This document shows, one piece after another, positions 28,417-41,834 of a stretch of DNA of 64,000 nucleotides. The stretch comes from Vicugna vicugna. Taxonomy: Eukaryota. The notes beneath the pieces were generated by a model that searched no databases, was not told the DNA's origin, and saw only the letters and a list, made by a program, of their open reading frames with translations. Position numbers and translations under genes: made by a program. Numbering within the stretch: the stretch's first letter is position 1; each line of letters starts with the position of its first letter. The stretch is from contig MU063499.1 of assembly GCA_013265495.1 (NCBI GenBank), forward strand, positions 1,550,001 to 1,614,000, in the 5' to 3' direction.

Positions 28417-28451
28417 GGGGTGGGTGGGTGGGAGGGTGTAGGGGCTTGGGG
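28417..28451 (+). other. G-quadruplex motif, seven G-tracts
   Basis: GGGGtGGGtGGGtGGGaGGGtgtaGGGGcttGGGG. Confidence 0.7.
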
Positions 28452-31113
28452 CAACCCACCCTCTGTGGGACCTTGTCCAATGGATGGGAGTGGATAGACA
28501 GGTAATAAAATATCATTGGGATTTTTATTAACCAAGTGTTTGCTGCATACCTGGGGCTCAGTCCATTCATGCTCTGTCACATGTACCAAGCAGAGGCCAG
28601 CTGGCATCCTGCCCCCTCGTCCCTGCCTACTCACCCCCAGCCTGCCTGCCATACACATGTCCACCACGGACAAAGCCACGAGGACCTCATTAGTCTGAGT
28701 CCAGCTTGGGCCTGAATAGTCCCTTGGTCTGAGCAGGTGTGCACAGGTACTCCTGGGGCAGGGCCTGGTCAGGCCTGCACCATCCCTTCTCCTCGACACT
28801 GGAAGGGCTCTGACACTCTCAGATCCTGCCCACTCACCACCTGTTCACCAGACCCTGGGTCTGGGATGTGTGTCGAGGGGACTCGTGTATATATGGTGCA
28901 TACGGGGGGCCCTTTGTGCAGTGGGTGGGCCAGAGCTGACCTGTGAGGTGGCTCCATGCCCAGAAATCTTCCCCTACCCTGTCCACTTCTGCCCTTTCCC
29001 AGGAGAAGGAAAAAGCGAGGCAAAAATATGACAGATGTAATATTTTGCGAAATGAGCTAATTACACGGCAATCACCCAGGGAGATGAGATTAGTAGAAGA
29101 ATATTTGATAAAATGAGGCCTAGGTATGAACACAGGTGGTGGGGAAAGGTCTGTGTCATCACTGGGAGATTATGGAGCCAGCGCTTCTGCCTGGGCCATG
29201 GGGAGTTGGGGCACTAGCCCCCTCACTCAGGCCACAGTCCCACAACTTGGTCTCGGGCCATGTGGGAGTTGTGACCTCCAGGTAAGGAGTAGGCACTTGC
29301 ATGTGTATGAGGACACACACGCTCACATTCATGGATTGCCTCCCATTTCCTCAGTACTACTTCTCTGTGCTTCCAGGTAACTGGGACATTTTTCCACGAA
29401 ATCCCAAAATGCAATCCAGTGATGCAGATGTTCCCTGTGGCCCAAACTCTCCCCTTGTAACAGTGATAACCCCACGGCATGCGTATGTCTATGAGCAGGC
29501 CAAGCCTCAGCTCAGATGATCCTCTCCCTTTCGGCAATCCCGTGGGGTCGACTCTTATCACCTCATTTTATAGATAAGGAAATTGAGACTCAGAAGGGAA
29601 ATCACCAGCAAAGGCCGTGTGGTGGATGTATTAGCACTTCAGTTGAGACTTCACCTGGCACTTCTGCCTCTTGATCCAGCTGCCTGGTCCATGCCCTGGG
29701 GGCCTCTGTCTCCTGGGTGAGTCACCTTCAAAGGCTTATTTCTGGAAAACCTACTGATGAAGTGGGTGGGGGTCTCACTCAGAAGTAAATAGAATTTAAA
29801 GGTCCAGTACTGACTGGGCCCCCAAATGGTGGAACAGCCTTGGTTGAAGGGCAGGGATCCAGGAACTCTCCAGGCTCAGGGCAAGTCGCTCTCCTTCTCC
29901 AGACCTTTGTTCCCCTGTCTGTCTCTGACAGCCACCACTCAGTACTAGCCACCAGCCAAAGGCTGCCCATCTCTGCCCTCCCCAGGGCTGTGGCTCTGCC
30001 ACCTGCCCACATCTGCACAGCTTACACATGGATGTCAGCTTGCCTGGTTCAGGTCCCTCTAGTTCTCTCCTGAGTTCTATCTCCTGCCTGCACCCTATCT
30101 TGCTGCCTGTCTATCCATCTGTCTGCCTACCTGACAGCTCTGGCCACCTCTCTGATGCTGCTGGATCTGATGACTGGGAACACAGGGGAGGAGATGGCTG
30201 GCGCTGGGGCCAGCGAGGTCAAAGGGATTATGCACAGAGGGGTGGGGAAGCCTCAAACTTAGCTTTCAAAGGCTTTAAGGCCAACTCTGCCAGGAAGTCC
30301 TCCTGAGACAAGGGGAGACTGTGCAGACCCTTCTTGAGTCCTGTTCCCTATCTGAGGCTGCCCTTGTTGTTTCCAGACACCTGCCTAGCAGAGGCCTGGC
30401 AGTCCCGTGGGTTAATGGGTGGGGCATGGGAACTGCCCATTGACCCACCGACCCCAACTGCCCAGGGAGGGGCTGGACCCCAGGCACCCAGGCAGCTGGC
30501 GGATGGGGTCTCACACCCTTGGCTATTTTGATAGCTAGGCTCCAGCTGGTGTTGACACAGCAAACATGCTGCAACTCCCATTCGCCGAGGCACAGAGTGG
30601 GCAAACACAGGAAGGCTGGAACAAAGGGCCTGGCAACCGTGACCAGCCTCTCAAACAAGGGCCCAAGGCCTATGCCAGGAAGCAGGAAGTATCAATCAGC
30701 CGTACAGTATGACCCACAGAGCCAGGAGCTGGGGACGGGCCCTTGATGAGGCATCCAGAAAGGGGAGGGATGGCATGAGGTCCTATACCCTAGGGTTGGC
30801 CCACATGTGGAGCACAGGTCAGACCTGTCTGTAGGGCCCATCCCACATAACCCCATGAGCATCCCTTGCTGAACTGGTGTTATCAAGGCCTGGGCATAAA
30901 CTCTGATGACAGGTCTGTGAGGCTATGCTTGCTGTTCCCACTGTACAGGTAGGAAAACTGAGGCCCAGAGAATGTGAGAGTTGTCAAGGGCTCAAGTGCA
31001 GAGTGGGGGCTGCAGCACAGCAGTGGGTGAGGCCCCTAATTCTTGGCCACCTTCTTGCTCTGGAGCTGGTCCCATGGCTTATGTGCTATCTTGCATCTTT
31101 CTGAGGGGACCCC

Positions 31114-31209
31114 TTGGCCAGAGGTTCTTTTGAGGGTAGTGCAAGGTCAAGACTTTGCAGGTTGGCCAGAGGTTCTTTTGAGGGTAGTGCAAGGTCAGGC
31201 CTCTGCAGG
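31114..31209. repeat. 48-bp tandem duplication (2 copies)
   Basis: 31114-31161 vs 31162-31209; 45/48 identical, with all three differences in the last 12 nt. Confidence 0.95.
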
Positions 31210-32119
31210 TTGAGGTCTCAGCTAGACTTCAAGGAATGGTGGCAGCACTGGGCACAGCCCATTCCTGTCTCTGCCTCAAGCCCCTGCTTCATGGTGCATC
31301 TACGCACATGCCCCGCAGAGCCAGGCCAGCGGGGAGGCCCTTCACCACCACGTGCAGGCCGATGCCTGAACACGTAGACACACATGCAGTCTACCTCTGG
31401 CCTTCGTATTTTGCTGTGCCTTCTGCCTTGGACCCTCTTCCTCCCTTACCCTCCTCTGCCTGGCTGGGTCTCCAGTAACCCTCTCTTCCCCTCAAGGCCC
31501 CCTAGGCCTGGTCAATATCCACGAGCTTAACACCCTGGCTCCACACTTTGTGGCATGGGTCACATCACTGTCACCTTGAGCAGACAGTATTCTGGGAGGG
31601 GCTCCACAGGTACCAGGTACCACTGTCCCTGTACCTGATAACCTAGTATGGTGCATTGTATACAGCAGGTGCTCAGTGCTCAGTAAAGAAAGGCTAAAGG
31701 AAGCAAAGGACACCTGAGGCCCCTGGAACCCCATGACATGACGAGCCAGGGTCATCATGCCTGGGGTCACCATGGCACCCAGGGCTGGTCCAGTCTTCAG
31801 GTGTGGGCTTAGAGAAGACAGCTGATGGACCCATGAGGGGCCTGGGGGCCTTCTCACCACCCTAGCGTCCCCCATCCTGGGAATGAGTCCACAGTACTGT
31901 GCCCTCCCCACCTGCACCTCCACGGCTCACTTCCCCCTCAGGAGTGCACTGCCACAGCAGAGGCACTGCTTGCTGTGTATTTTAAGCCACAGAAAATGGG
32001 CTGAGAGAGGTGACTGGCTGCTCCCAGCGCTGCCTGCCCTGCGAAGGGGCCATGCTTGTAGATATGCAGCTACCACCCCAGAACTTAGGCGGAGGCCCTG
32101 CCCCTGCCTTTGTCACCTC

Positions 32120-32440
32120 TCCATCCACTCTTCCTCCAGTGGAAGCAGTTATGCACAGGCTCCCCTCCCAGACTCAGCTGGAGTCACTTCTGCTCACTCT
32201 CACTGCTAGGCCAAAGCTCGGTGCCTTCCTTCTTCCCTTTCTCCACCTTTGGAAATTTCCCCCGCCTTCCAAGGCTTAGCTCAAATGCCACCTCCACCAG
32301 GCTGTCTTCTAAGACCTGCCCTCCCATATCAGCTGTTCTGCACAGTGGGACCCAGTAGCTTATTGTCTGTCTCCTTGAAATCTGGGATCCTGGAGGGCAG
32401 GGAGCAGCTGGGCCACTAGCTTGCCCTGTCTTAGATGCAC
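32120..32440 (+). mobile_element. L2 fragment
   Basis: ccttccaaggcttagctcaaatgccacctccaccaggctgtcttc...ctggagggcaggg. Confidence 0.6.
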
Positions 32441-34975
32441 CCTCCCCTCCCCCAGCCCTTGTACACGAGGATTTCAGAACAAAGGGCCAGACGCTATTAA
32501 AACTCAATTAAATTTCTCACTTCTCTGATTCTGAATTAGACTGGTCTGTCCCTATGGCACCTGCAGGCCCTTCTACTCAGCCTCCTAGCATCTGCCCCCA
32601 ACTGCCAGCTAGGACCGCCCCCAGGGAGAGGGGCAGAAGCAAGAGAGGATCCTCCCTCAGTGCAGGTCTTCTCTGGGGAGTGGAGCCCAGTGAATTGTCC
32701 TTGGTCCCAGGGTTCATTTTCTCTGTTTGGCCAAACCCACCCCCCATGCCCTAGATTCCCCTCCTGTGGTGGGCAGGGTGCAGGTGTATTAAAGCGGGAA
32801 CTCATGACAATGGCACCCAGCCTGCAAATGTTGCCCTCTCCAACCCAGCCGCCTGCCAGCTGTTCCCCAGGGTCCCCAGTTGAGGTTCTGCCCCTAGGCC
32901 CATGCATATACTCTGCCCTCTGCCTGGCAGACCCTCACCTTTTCCCTTCCCAACCCTGAGCTGCCTCTGTGCCTCAACCAGCATGGCTCTGCTTCTTCCC
33001 AAACCCCAGGGAGCTCTGGGAGGAGTGGGCACACAGGCTCAGGAGCCAGGGGATCAGGGAGAATTGTGACCCTGTCTCAAGTCGGCTACTGGCTGGGCTG
33101 GTATCATCTCTGAGCCTTTGTTTCCTCAACTGTAAAATGGGAATTCTGCTCCAGAGTGAGCGGAGAATGACACCACACCTAGGGCCAGGTTGGGGCAGTG
33201 GAGGTTTGCTGAATGACTGAGTGAACAAGTGAACAACAGGGAGACTGAAAGATGCTCCCAAGGGATGCACCTGGCATCATGATTGGAGGGCCATTGTGCA
33301 GGAGAGGTTCAGACACCCACTCCTGGGGCAAGAGCTGGGTCTGGGATGCTTCAGCCAAGGGTCCCAAAGGAGGTGGGCACTGTTGGGGGTAAGCAGGATG
33401 CTGAACTTCCTAGCCTGACACATAATGCAGCCAGCTCTCCCCTCTGACCTTCAGCCATAGGGCAGAACTGAGTGGTAGGGTAGCGGGTGTAAGGCTGATT
33501 CACTAGGCTCCGTGGGCCTCAGGGAAATCACACCCCAGGCCCCTAGAACCTTCCTTTGGCTAGTGGATGTGAGGAATGACCACAGCTCTTCTGACTCCCG
33601 AGGCCCCTGCACCTTGGAGGAGGCGCCAGGAGAGGGCCCTGCTCCACAGAGGCAATCCCAGGGACCAGGAAAGCCCAGCCCCAAACCCACAGCCCGGCCC
33701 CTCTTGAGGCCTGACAGGCTGAGCCAGGCCCTCATCTGATCCCCACTAGCTGGGGCAGGTGTGTGAGGAGGAGGGAATGACATGTCTCCCCCTCCAAACC
33801 CCTAAACCAGGATTTCTCGGCCACTCCCCAGCCACGCCCACCCTCACTGTCTCCCTCTTCATTCCCAAGGAGGCCAGATCCCTGCCCTGCCAGTTCAGCC
33901 TGGGGGCCTTTGAGGGATCTCTGGGTACTCAGCCACCCGGCGGGGATGCAGGGAGGGGAGGCCTTCCCACACGCACATTGCTGAGAGTGTCTTTGCTCAA
34001 GGCTCACGCTGACCCTCAGGACCCTTAGGTGTTTGGTAAGTGGACATCAGTTCGCTGTCTCTCCTGTACCCAGGCAGGCCACCTCCCCCTCTGAACTCCA
34101 TTCCTGAGTCATCGCTCTCAGGTGGAGGTGCCCAAGGGCTCCTACACCATCAGCACTCAGCAGATGCCCATTCACTAATTCAATGCTCCCCCTACTCCTG
34201 GGGGCCACAGTTGGCTCCTCTGGGTGGCAGTGGCACCTTGCCAGGAAGCAGCAGCGCTGTCTGGGTGAGGGGAGAAGAATCAGCTGTAAACGCTGCAATC
34301 AGGGAGAAAAGGCTGCTCGGGCCCTTGGCGCCCACGCGCGCGCCTAATTGGCTCCACGTGTCTGTGCCTGCTTTCAAGAGCGGGAAAGTGGAAGGGTCAA
34401 GATCTCTTAATGTTCATAATGGAGGGGAGGCAGAAGCCACCGCCAGCTCCACATAAACACCTTTTAATTGCCCAGAGAAGGGTGGGCGGAGGCAGCCAAT
34501 GCTACAGAATTCCCTGCCTGCCTGTCCAGCATTACTGTGCATTTTAGAGCTTCCCTGGTCTGGAGTCAGACCCCAGAGGCTGACTTCCAGCCAGAACCTG
34601 GAACCACAGCCCTGGCATCTGTTCTACAAATGTTCATAAGGCTCCTTTCCTGGGCCAGTCCTTGGCAGTAGTTGATGCCCTTGTCTTCCCAGGTGATGGC
34701 CTTGTCTTCCCAGAGCCAGTCCAACCTCCATCAATGAATGCATTGTGGACCCAGTTCTAAACTGGCCTCCAGCTGCTCCAATGACAAACTTATCCCCCAA
34801 ATTCTTGGTGACTCTTCCAGGCAGCCTGGAGATTGCTATCACCCCACCTAGAACTGAAAGGATCTTCCTCCTGTTGGGGCTGCTCCATTCCATCTGCACC
34901 TCTCCGAGGTCCCCAGTGTTCCCCTGCTTGTGGGGCTTCTATTCACCATGGCTGTATCTCGGTGTCCCATGAGAC

Positions 34976-35188
34976 CAGTGGTTCTCAAACAAAGGGATTG
35001 TTGCCCCCAGGGGACATCTGGCACTATTTGGAAACGTTTGTTGGTTTTTATAATTGGGGGAGTGGTGTACTACTGGTGTCTTGTAGGTAGAGGGAAAGGA
35101 TGCTGCTTAATATCCTACAAAGCAGAGCCTCCATGACAAAGAATTATCTTGCTCAAAGTGTCAATAATGCTAACACAGAGAAACTCTG
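34976..35188 (+). mobile_element. MER20 (hAT-Charlie MITE), full length
   Basis: CAGTGGTTCTCAA start and GAGAAACTCTG end (terminal inverted repeats); internal gccccaggggacatctggca and caaagaattatc. 8-bp TSD catgagac / cattagat (6/8). Confidence 0.9.
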
Positions 35189-35739
35189 CATTAGATAAAG
35201 CCTGAGAAAGCAAGCAGAGGGTAGGTGAGAACTAGGCAGAACCACAGCCCCTGGCCCCTTGGCTCCCTCCCTGGCTCATTCCTCCTGCTCCTTTGAACAC
35301 CCAGCCCAGAGCCCAGTTCCTGAATAGACCCTGCCACACTGCCAACAATGCATCAGTTTAATTGGGTTAAGTGGCCATTAGTGGCAAAAGCAGGGCGGTT
35401 GTGTGCAAAAGGGTTTTTAATTTTACTCTTTAAATGATGCTCGCTCCCCAGAGAGGCCGTTGATGGTGGGAATGCTGCCCAGTAGAGCCCCCAGAACCAG
35501 GACCACAGCTGCACCCACTGTCCTAACCTCCTGGATGTCATGAGGGTGGGCTGGGAGAGGTGCTCAGTGTCTTGTCTCCATTGCCTGGGAAGATGCTATA
35601 GGGTAAAGACTTACCCAAGTTCACTAGGTCATCCCAGAGCAAGCCCTAGTCACAGCAGATCCATCTCTTCCCTTGGCCATGCCCACTGTGGACAGCAAAT
35701 ACCATGTGGTAGCACAGAAGAGGGCAGTATTGGGGGGCA

Positions 35740-35870
35740 GTTTCTGGGATCTGGACCCCAGGTTTTTGCTGTGGGACCTGGGGCCAGTGATGTGACCTCT
35801 CTGGGGCTCAGTTTCCTCATATGTAAAATGTGGATAAGAGGAATAACCTTTGACTTGTAGGGAAGGTTTG
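35740..35870 (-). mobile_element. MIR
   Basis: gtgacctctctggggctcagtttcctcatatgtaaaatg. Confidence 0.7.
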
Positions 35871-35964
35871 AAGGGGTCTGGAGTGTTCTGGCTCACCTTA
35901 GGCTGGGCACTTGGCAGGCACTCAGAAAGAGGCCAGTCATTGTCGGAAGGAATTATTTCTATTT

Positions 35965-36140
35965 TAGGGGATTCATCCTGAGCTCTGAAACTACCCTGAA
36001 TCATCTGTGGAACACTGAAAAATACTGAAGCCCAGCCCCACCCCTATAGAATCTGCTGTACTTGGTCTGGGTGGGGTCTGGACATCATGATTTAAAAGTT
36101 CCTCAGGTGACTCCAGTGCACCAATAGGGTTAAAACACCG
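35965..36140 (+). mobile_element. MER5A-family (MER5A1-like) hAT MITE; ends approximate
   Basis: gaatcatctgtgg...aaaaatactgaagcccagccccacccc...ggtctgggtggggtctgg...aaaagttcctcaggtgactc. Confidence 0.7.
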
Positions 36141-37649
36141 TCTGAAGGCAAAGGTACAAAGGCGTGGCATCTGGAAGAGTCTTGGCCCCAGGACTGAGGA
36201 GGACCTGAGGTGGAGCATGGGGAACACGGGAGTAGTGGGGAGGGCAGAGCTCAGTGGCTGACGTCTCTAATTCCTGGATCTCCAGCCAAGCCTCGCCACT
36301 GCCTCTGGTTTATCTGAGGTTGGAGGTGAAGGGCGTCCCTGAGGCAGGCTTCTAGCTGCCACACTGATGTCCCTTAAGAATCTGCTCTGGTCTGGCTGCT
36401 CTGGCCCTGGGCTTCTCATTCCTTAGGAACCAAGCACATTGAGCCACACCACCCCGACTTTGTCCCCAAGAGGCTGGAATGTCTGCACTGGGGTCACTCC
36501 TTACCTCCTCCTCCCATGGCCTCTCCTGGAAGCCACACAGCAGGGGTGCCGGGCATGGTGCTGAAGGTGGCACAGGCTTCAGGGACATTGTTTGCACTGT
36601 AACCTCTATAAATGATGGCTCCTGGAGCTGTGAAACGAGAAGTCCTGGGCAGGGCCAGTCTCCTCTCCCTATTTTACAGATGGAGAAACTAAGGCCTGGG
36701 ATGGGGTGAGACTGAGAGCTCCATGAGGACAGGAATGGGGCTTTTCCCTGCCACACCCCCAGCACTGGCCTGGCACACAGAAGGCCTTTAGTGATGCTGA
36801 TGCATAGATGGAGGGAGGAATGGAACCATGAAGAGATGACCTTTCTGAGAAAGGGGCTCTGGGAGAGGCCCCAGCTGGGAGGACAGGAGATTCCTGATTT
36901 GGGTCCAGCTCTGCCTCCAATGTGCCATAAGAAGTTAGGCGCCTCCCTATCCCTCCTTACCCCTCCTGGGACTCAAGACCCTAACAGAGCAAGCCCTGGC
37001 TCAGAGGACCCATCCACCTGGATAGCAGAAGTTCCTAGAAGGTCCCCTCCATGTCTCCAAAGCTGAGGTCCCAGCAGGTTTCCTGGACTTGGGGATGCTA
37101 GTTGCCTGTGTTGCAAAGTCCCTGACCTGGCCTGCTCTGCCTGACTCTTGGCCTTGTAAACCACTCTGTGCAGCTTCGAGAAACTCGTTACAAACATCTG
37201 ATTGTCCCTGATTAGATGAGACAATGAACTTCCGTCCAACATTGCTCGGTTGCTGCCTTGCAAGCCCCACATTAAAATTCCAGACCAGAGTGAGGGGATT
37301 TACATTGGATTACTGGATGGGGTCCAGGGAGAGAGGGACAATGGAGTGGAGGGGGTCCGGACACCCAACATTCCTCCCTCCATATGCACTCAGGCTGCAA
37401 ACAAATGCGGGAAAGGAGAAAAGGGCCAGACCTCGATTAAAAGCAAATTTAAAACGAAACTAAGACCAAAGCTCATCTGGAACAATTAGGACCAAGGCAG
37501 GACAAGGTCGGACCTCTCCTTCCTCTGGGGATATGCACAGGAGCATCCTGTGGGCCTGGAGCCAGGGGTGCTGCAGCAGAGGGAGTTCACTGGCTAGGAG
37601 AGGGCGGGGCTACGCACACACCTCTGGACTAATGTGGGCAGTGAGGGGC

Positions 37650-37800
37650 CTTCCTTAGGGTCAGAGTGACCTGGATTCAAATCCTGGGTCTGCCACATCC
37701 TGGCCTGATGCATAGCAGGTCTGAATCTCAGTGCCCCCATTCCTCAGGGGGCTGTGGTGAGAATGATGTGTGACAGACTCAGCACATGCCGAGTACCCAA
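37650..37800 (-). mobile_element. MIR
   Basis: cagagtgacctggattcaaatcctgggtctgccac...tctgaatctcagtgccccca...ctgtggtgagaatga. Confidence 0.7.
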
Positions 37801-37814
37801 TCAGTGAGTGCCTT

Positions 37815-37950
37815 TTCTCATCATTCTTCCCTTAAGAATCATTTGTATTTAGTGCCAACTGTGTACCAGGCCGTGTGTACCTGGGCTACAGATGCAGTGG
37901 AAAGGAGGCAGACATCTGCCTGCCTTATAGGCCAAAGTCCGACATGTGGG
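37815..37950 (-). mobile_element. L2 3' end
   Basis: aatcatttgtatttagtgccaactgtgtaccaggcc...gggctacagatgcagtggaaagg. Confidence 0.65.
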
Positions 37951-38702
37951 ATGTTGGGAGATGGTTGGAATCAGGACCCCAGGCCTTGGGCTCCTCTGCC
38001 CCTCAAGTTGTCAGGGTTGCCTGTTCCTCCAAGAGGCAGGAAAGGAGCTTGGGGAGCAAATCCAGCCCTGGATGGGCAGGGGCTGGGCCTTGGGCTCCAC
38101 ATGTGGAGGGCAGGTCAGACATTTGTCACTGCCACCACTTAGCACCCCTGCTGAGGCAGTTGGTCCTAAAGCCAGGGTAGCGGGAGGTCTAAAGGTATGA
38201 AGGGTGCTCCTTCCCAAATCTATCAGATGGTTTCAGCACAAGTTCAGGGCTGGTGGCCTGCACTTTGTGAACTGGGCAGTGGAAGCAGCAAAGCAGGGAA
38301 ATAGAGGCAAGGAGCGGGTCTGGGATGAACGGGAGAGAAAGAGACAGAGATAGAGAACCAGAGAAAGGAGGGGTGGGCCTGCAGGTGGTGTTCGGTTCTA
38401 GGAAAGGCAAGGTGGTGGGACATGAGTTGCTGGCTGTGTGAGGCAAGTAGATGTTTCCCGCAGCCAGGGGGAACCCTGATGGACCTGGGGGTGACCATCT
38501 TAGCTGAAGGCTTGGCTTTCCTCCTGTAGTCTCAGGATGCCCACCTCTCCCTATTTCATGATCCCAGGTCACACAGGAGCAGGCAGGGGACTCCTGGTTC
38601 TTTGCAGGGGCCTGGACTTGGTTGCGGGGGGTGTCTGGCTGCTCTGACTTGACCCTGCCAGCCCCTGGCCTGAGCCTGGGCATGACCTGTGTGGCTGACT
38701 CA

Positions 38703-39070
38703 TTAAAAAATAGCTTTATAGTGATATAACTCACATATCATAAAAATCATCCACATAAAAGTATACAATTCAGCGGTTTNNNNNNNNNNNNNNNNNNNNN
38801 NNNNNNNNNNNNNNNNNNNNNNNNNNNNNNNNNNNNNNNNNNNNNNNNNNNNNNNNNNNNNNNNNNNNNNNNNNNNNNNNNNNNNNNNNNNNNNNNNNNN
38901 NNNNNNNNNNNNNNNNNNNNNNNNNNNNNNNNNNNNNNNNNNNNNNNNNNNNNNNNNNNNNNNNNNNNNNNNNNNNNNNNNNNNNNTATGAAGAGCTCCT
39001 TTCACTTAGTATAATGTTTTTGAGTTCATCCATGTTGTCGCGTGTATTAGCACTTCTTTCCTTTTTATTG
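38703..39070 (-). mobile_element. Old L1M 3' fragment; includes an N run
   Basis: aaaaaatagctttatagtgatataactcacatatc...gtatacaattcagcggttt, then ttcacttagtataatgtttttgagttcatccatgttgt. Confidence 0.8.
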
Positions 39071-39612
39071 GACTCGTCTCTTTGATACAGGCTGGGCCAG
39101 CAGCAGTTATGCCTCTGACATGGGGGCAGCTTGGACTCCTTCCCTTTTTTACTGCACAACCTGCCCAGGGCATCCTGCAGCTCCAGAAGCCCCTTCCCAC
39201 CTGCCCTCCCTGGGGAGGTTGAGTACCAGGGTCCGCTGGCTTTGTAGACTGATCAGGGCACACCAGCAGGTTCTGTCACCTCACAGGACCGCAGTGCCTT
39301 GGAGCCGACAGGCACCACCTCTCTGAGTGCAGAGTACAGACCGAAGCCCAGAGGGAGGCAGAGAAGTCACGGGCAGAACAGGAGCTCCAACCCTGAGCAT
39401 CACATGGCCATGTCTTTCTCTGTGGGGCGTTCAGGCCCTCCCTCCCCGGCATCAGTAGGTTGCTCTCCTGGCCAGGTGCTCGCCTGGGGCACACTCATAG
39501 GTAGAGCTGAGGAACAGGAAGTTCCCAGGCCCAAAAGAAGGGAGGAGTGGGGCCTGTCATCATATCCACACAGGGCCCCAGACCCCAGGTCACCCCTCCT
39601 GCAGCTGACCTA

Positions 39613-40900
<1,288 letters not shown>

Positions 40901-41815
40901 TGTATCCAGGTGACCCCAGGAAGTCTTTGCCGCAAGCTGGCTCCTTCACCAGAGGTCACGGGCTGATCACCACAACTGAGTGCCGCGAGCTGCCGCCACC
41001 AGACTGCCATCAGGCTGTGCAGAAGTGGAGGGATGTGGAAAGACACAAAGAGGGGTGATGAGGAGGAGATAAGGAGGTGGGAGAGGCTGCTGATGAGAGA
41101 CAGACAGGCAGGAGAGATAACGTCAGTAGAGTGACAGTGAGACGTGGGGAGATAAAGGCCATGGCATCTGACATGGGGAGGAGGTGGGGGACCGGGTGCC
41201 TCTGGAGCCCTTGCCTGCTGTCCACTCAGCGCCTGGCAGTCCAAGGGTTAAAGCAAGTCTCAACGCTGGCTCAGGCAATCTCCTCCTCCCACTGCCCCCT
41301 ACCCCTCCTGGCTTCTCTTTTCTTTTTGTCCTTCTCTTAGAACAAAATAATTTGTGGTGAAGTCGCTCCTTCCCACAGAGCAGCGGCGATTAGAGGGCGA
41401 GTGGCAGGCCTGGCTGCAAGGCCAGGGAGGATGGAGGCCCCAGGTGGGAACCAGGTCAGGCTGTTCCCTGGGCCTCCGAGGGCGTGTCTCAGGACAGAGG
41501 CCCCCAGATGGAAGTCAGCGATGGAGACAGGCCAGGAAGGGGTCAGAGCCTGGGGGCCACTGAGACATGTGGGGAGCCTAGAACCCAGTGCTCACTGTTG
41601 GGGAAACTGAGGTTCAGAAATAGGAGAGGATAGGTCAAGGCCACACGACTGTGAGTGGACAAGCCGGGTCCCCCGTCCTTCCTGACATCTTCTCAGGTTT
41701 TAGGACATTAAAAACACATTTTTCTCCAGTCTTGGACCATCACCCCTGGTTGTGCTGAGGCCACAGTCTCAGCCACACTGGCTGAAATCTCTGCTGAGCG
41801 CACCCTGCCCCCCTT

Positions 41816-41834
41816 GTGCCAGCAGGGGGCGCAG
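41816..41834 (+). promoter_or_regulatory. CTCF binding motif
   Basis: gtgCCAGCAGGGGGCGCag matches the CCASYAGRKGGCRS core without mismatch; CpG retained. Confidence 0.75.

Noticed and set aside
34673-34714. 21-bp tandem duplication (19/21 identical)
   Set aside because: Ordinary micro-duplication with no motif or structural interest.
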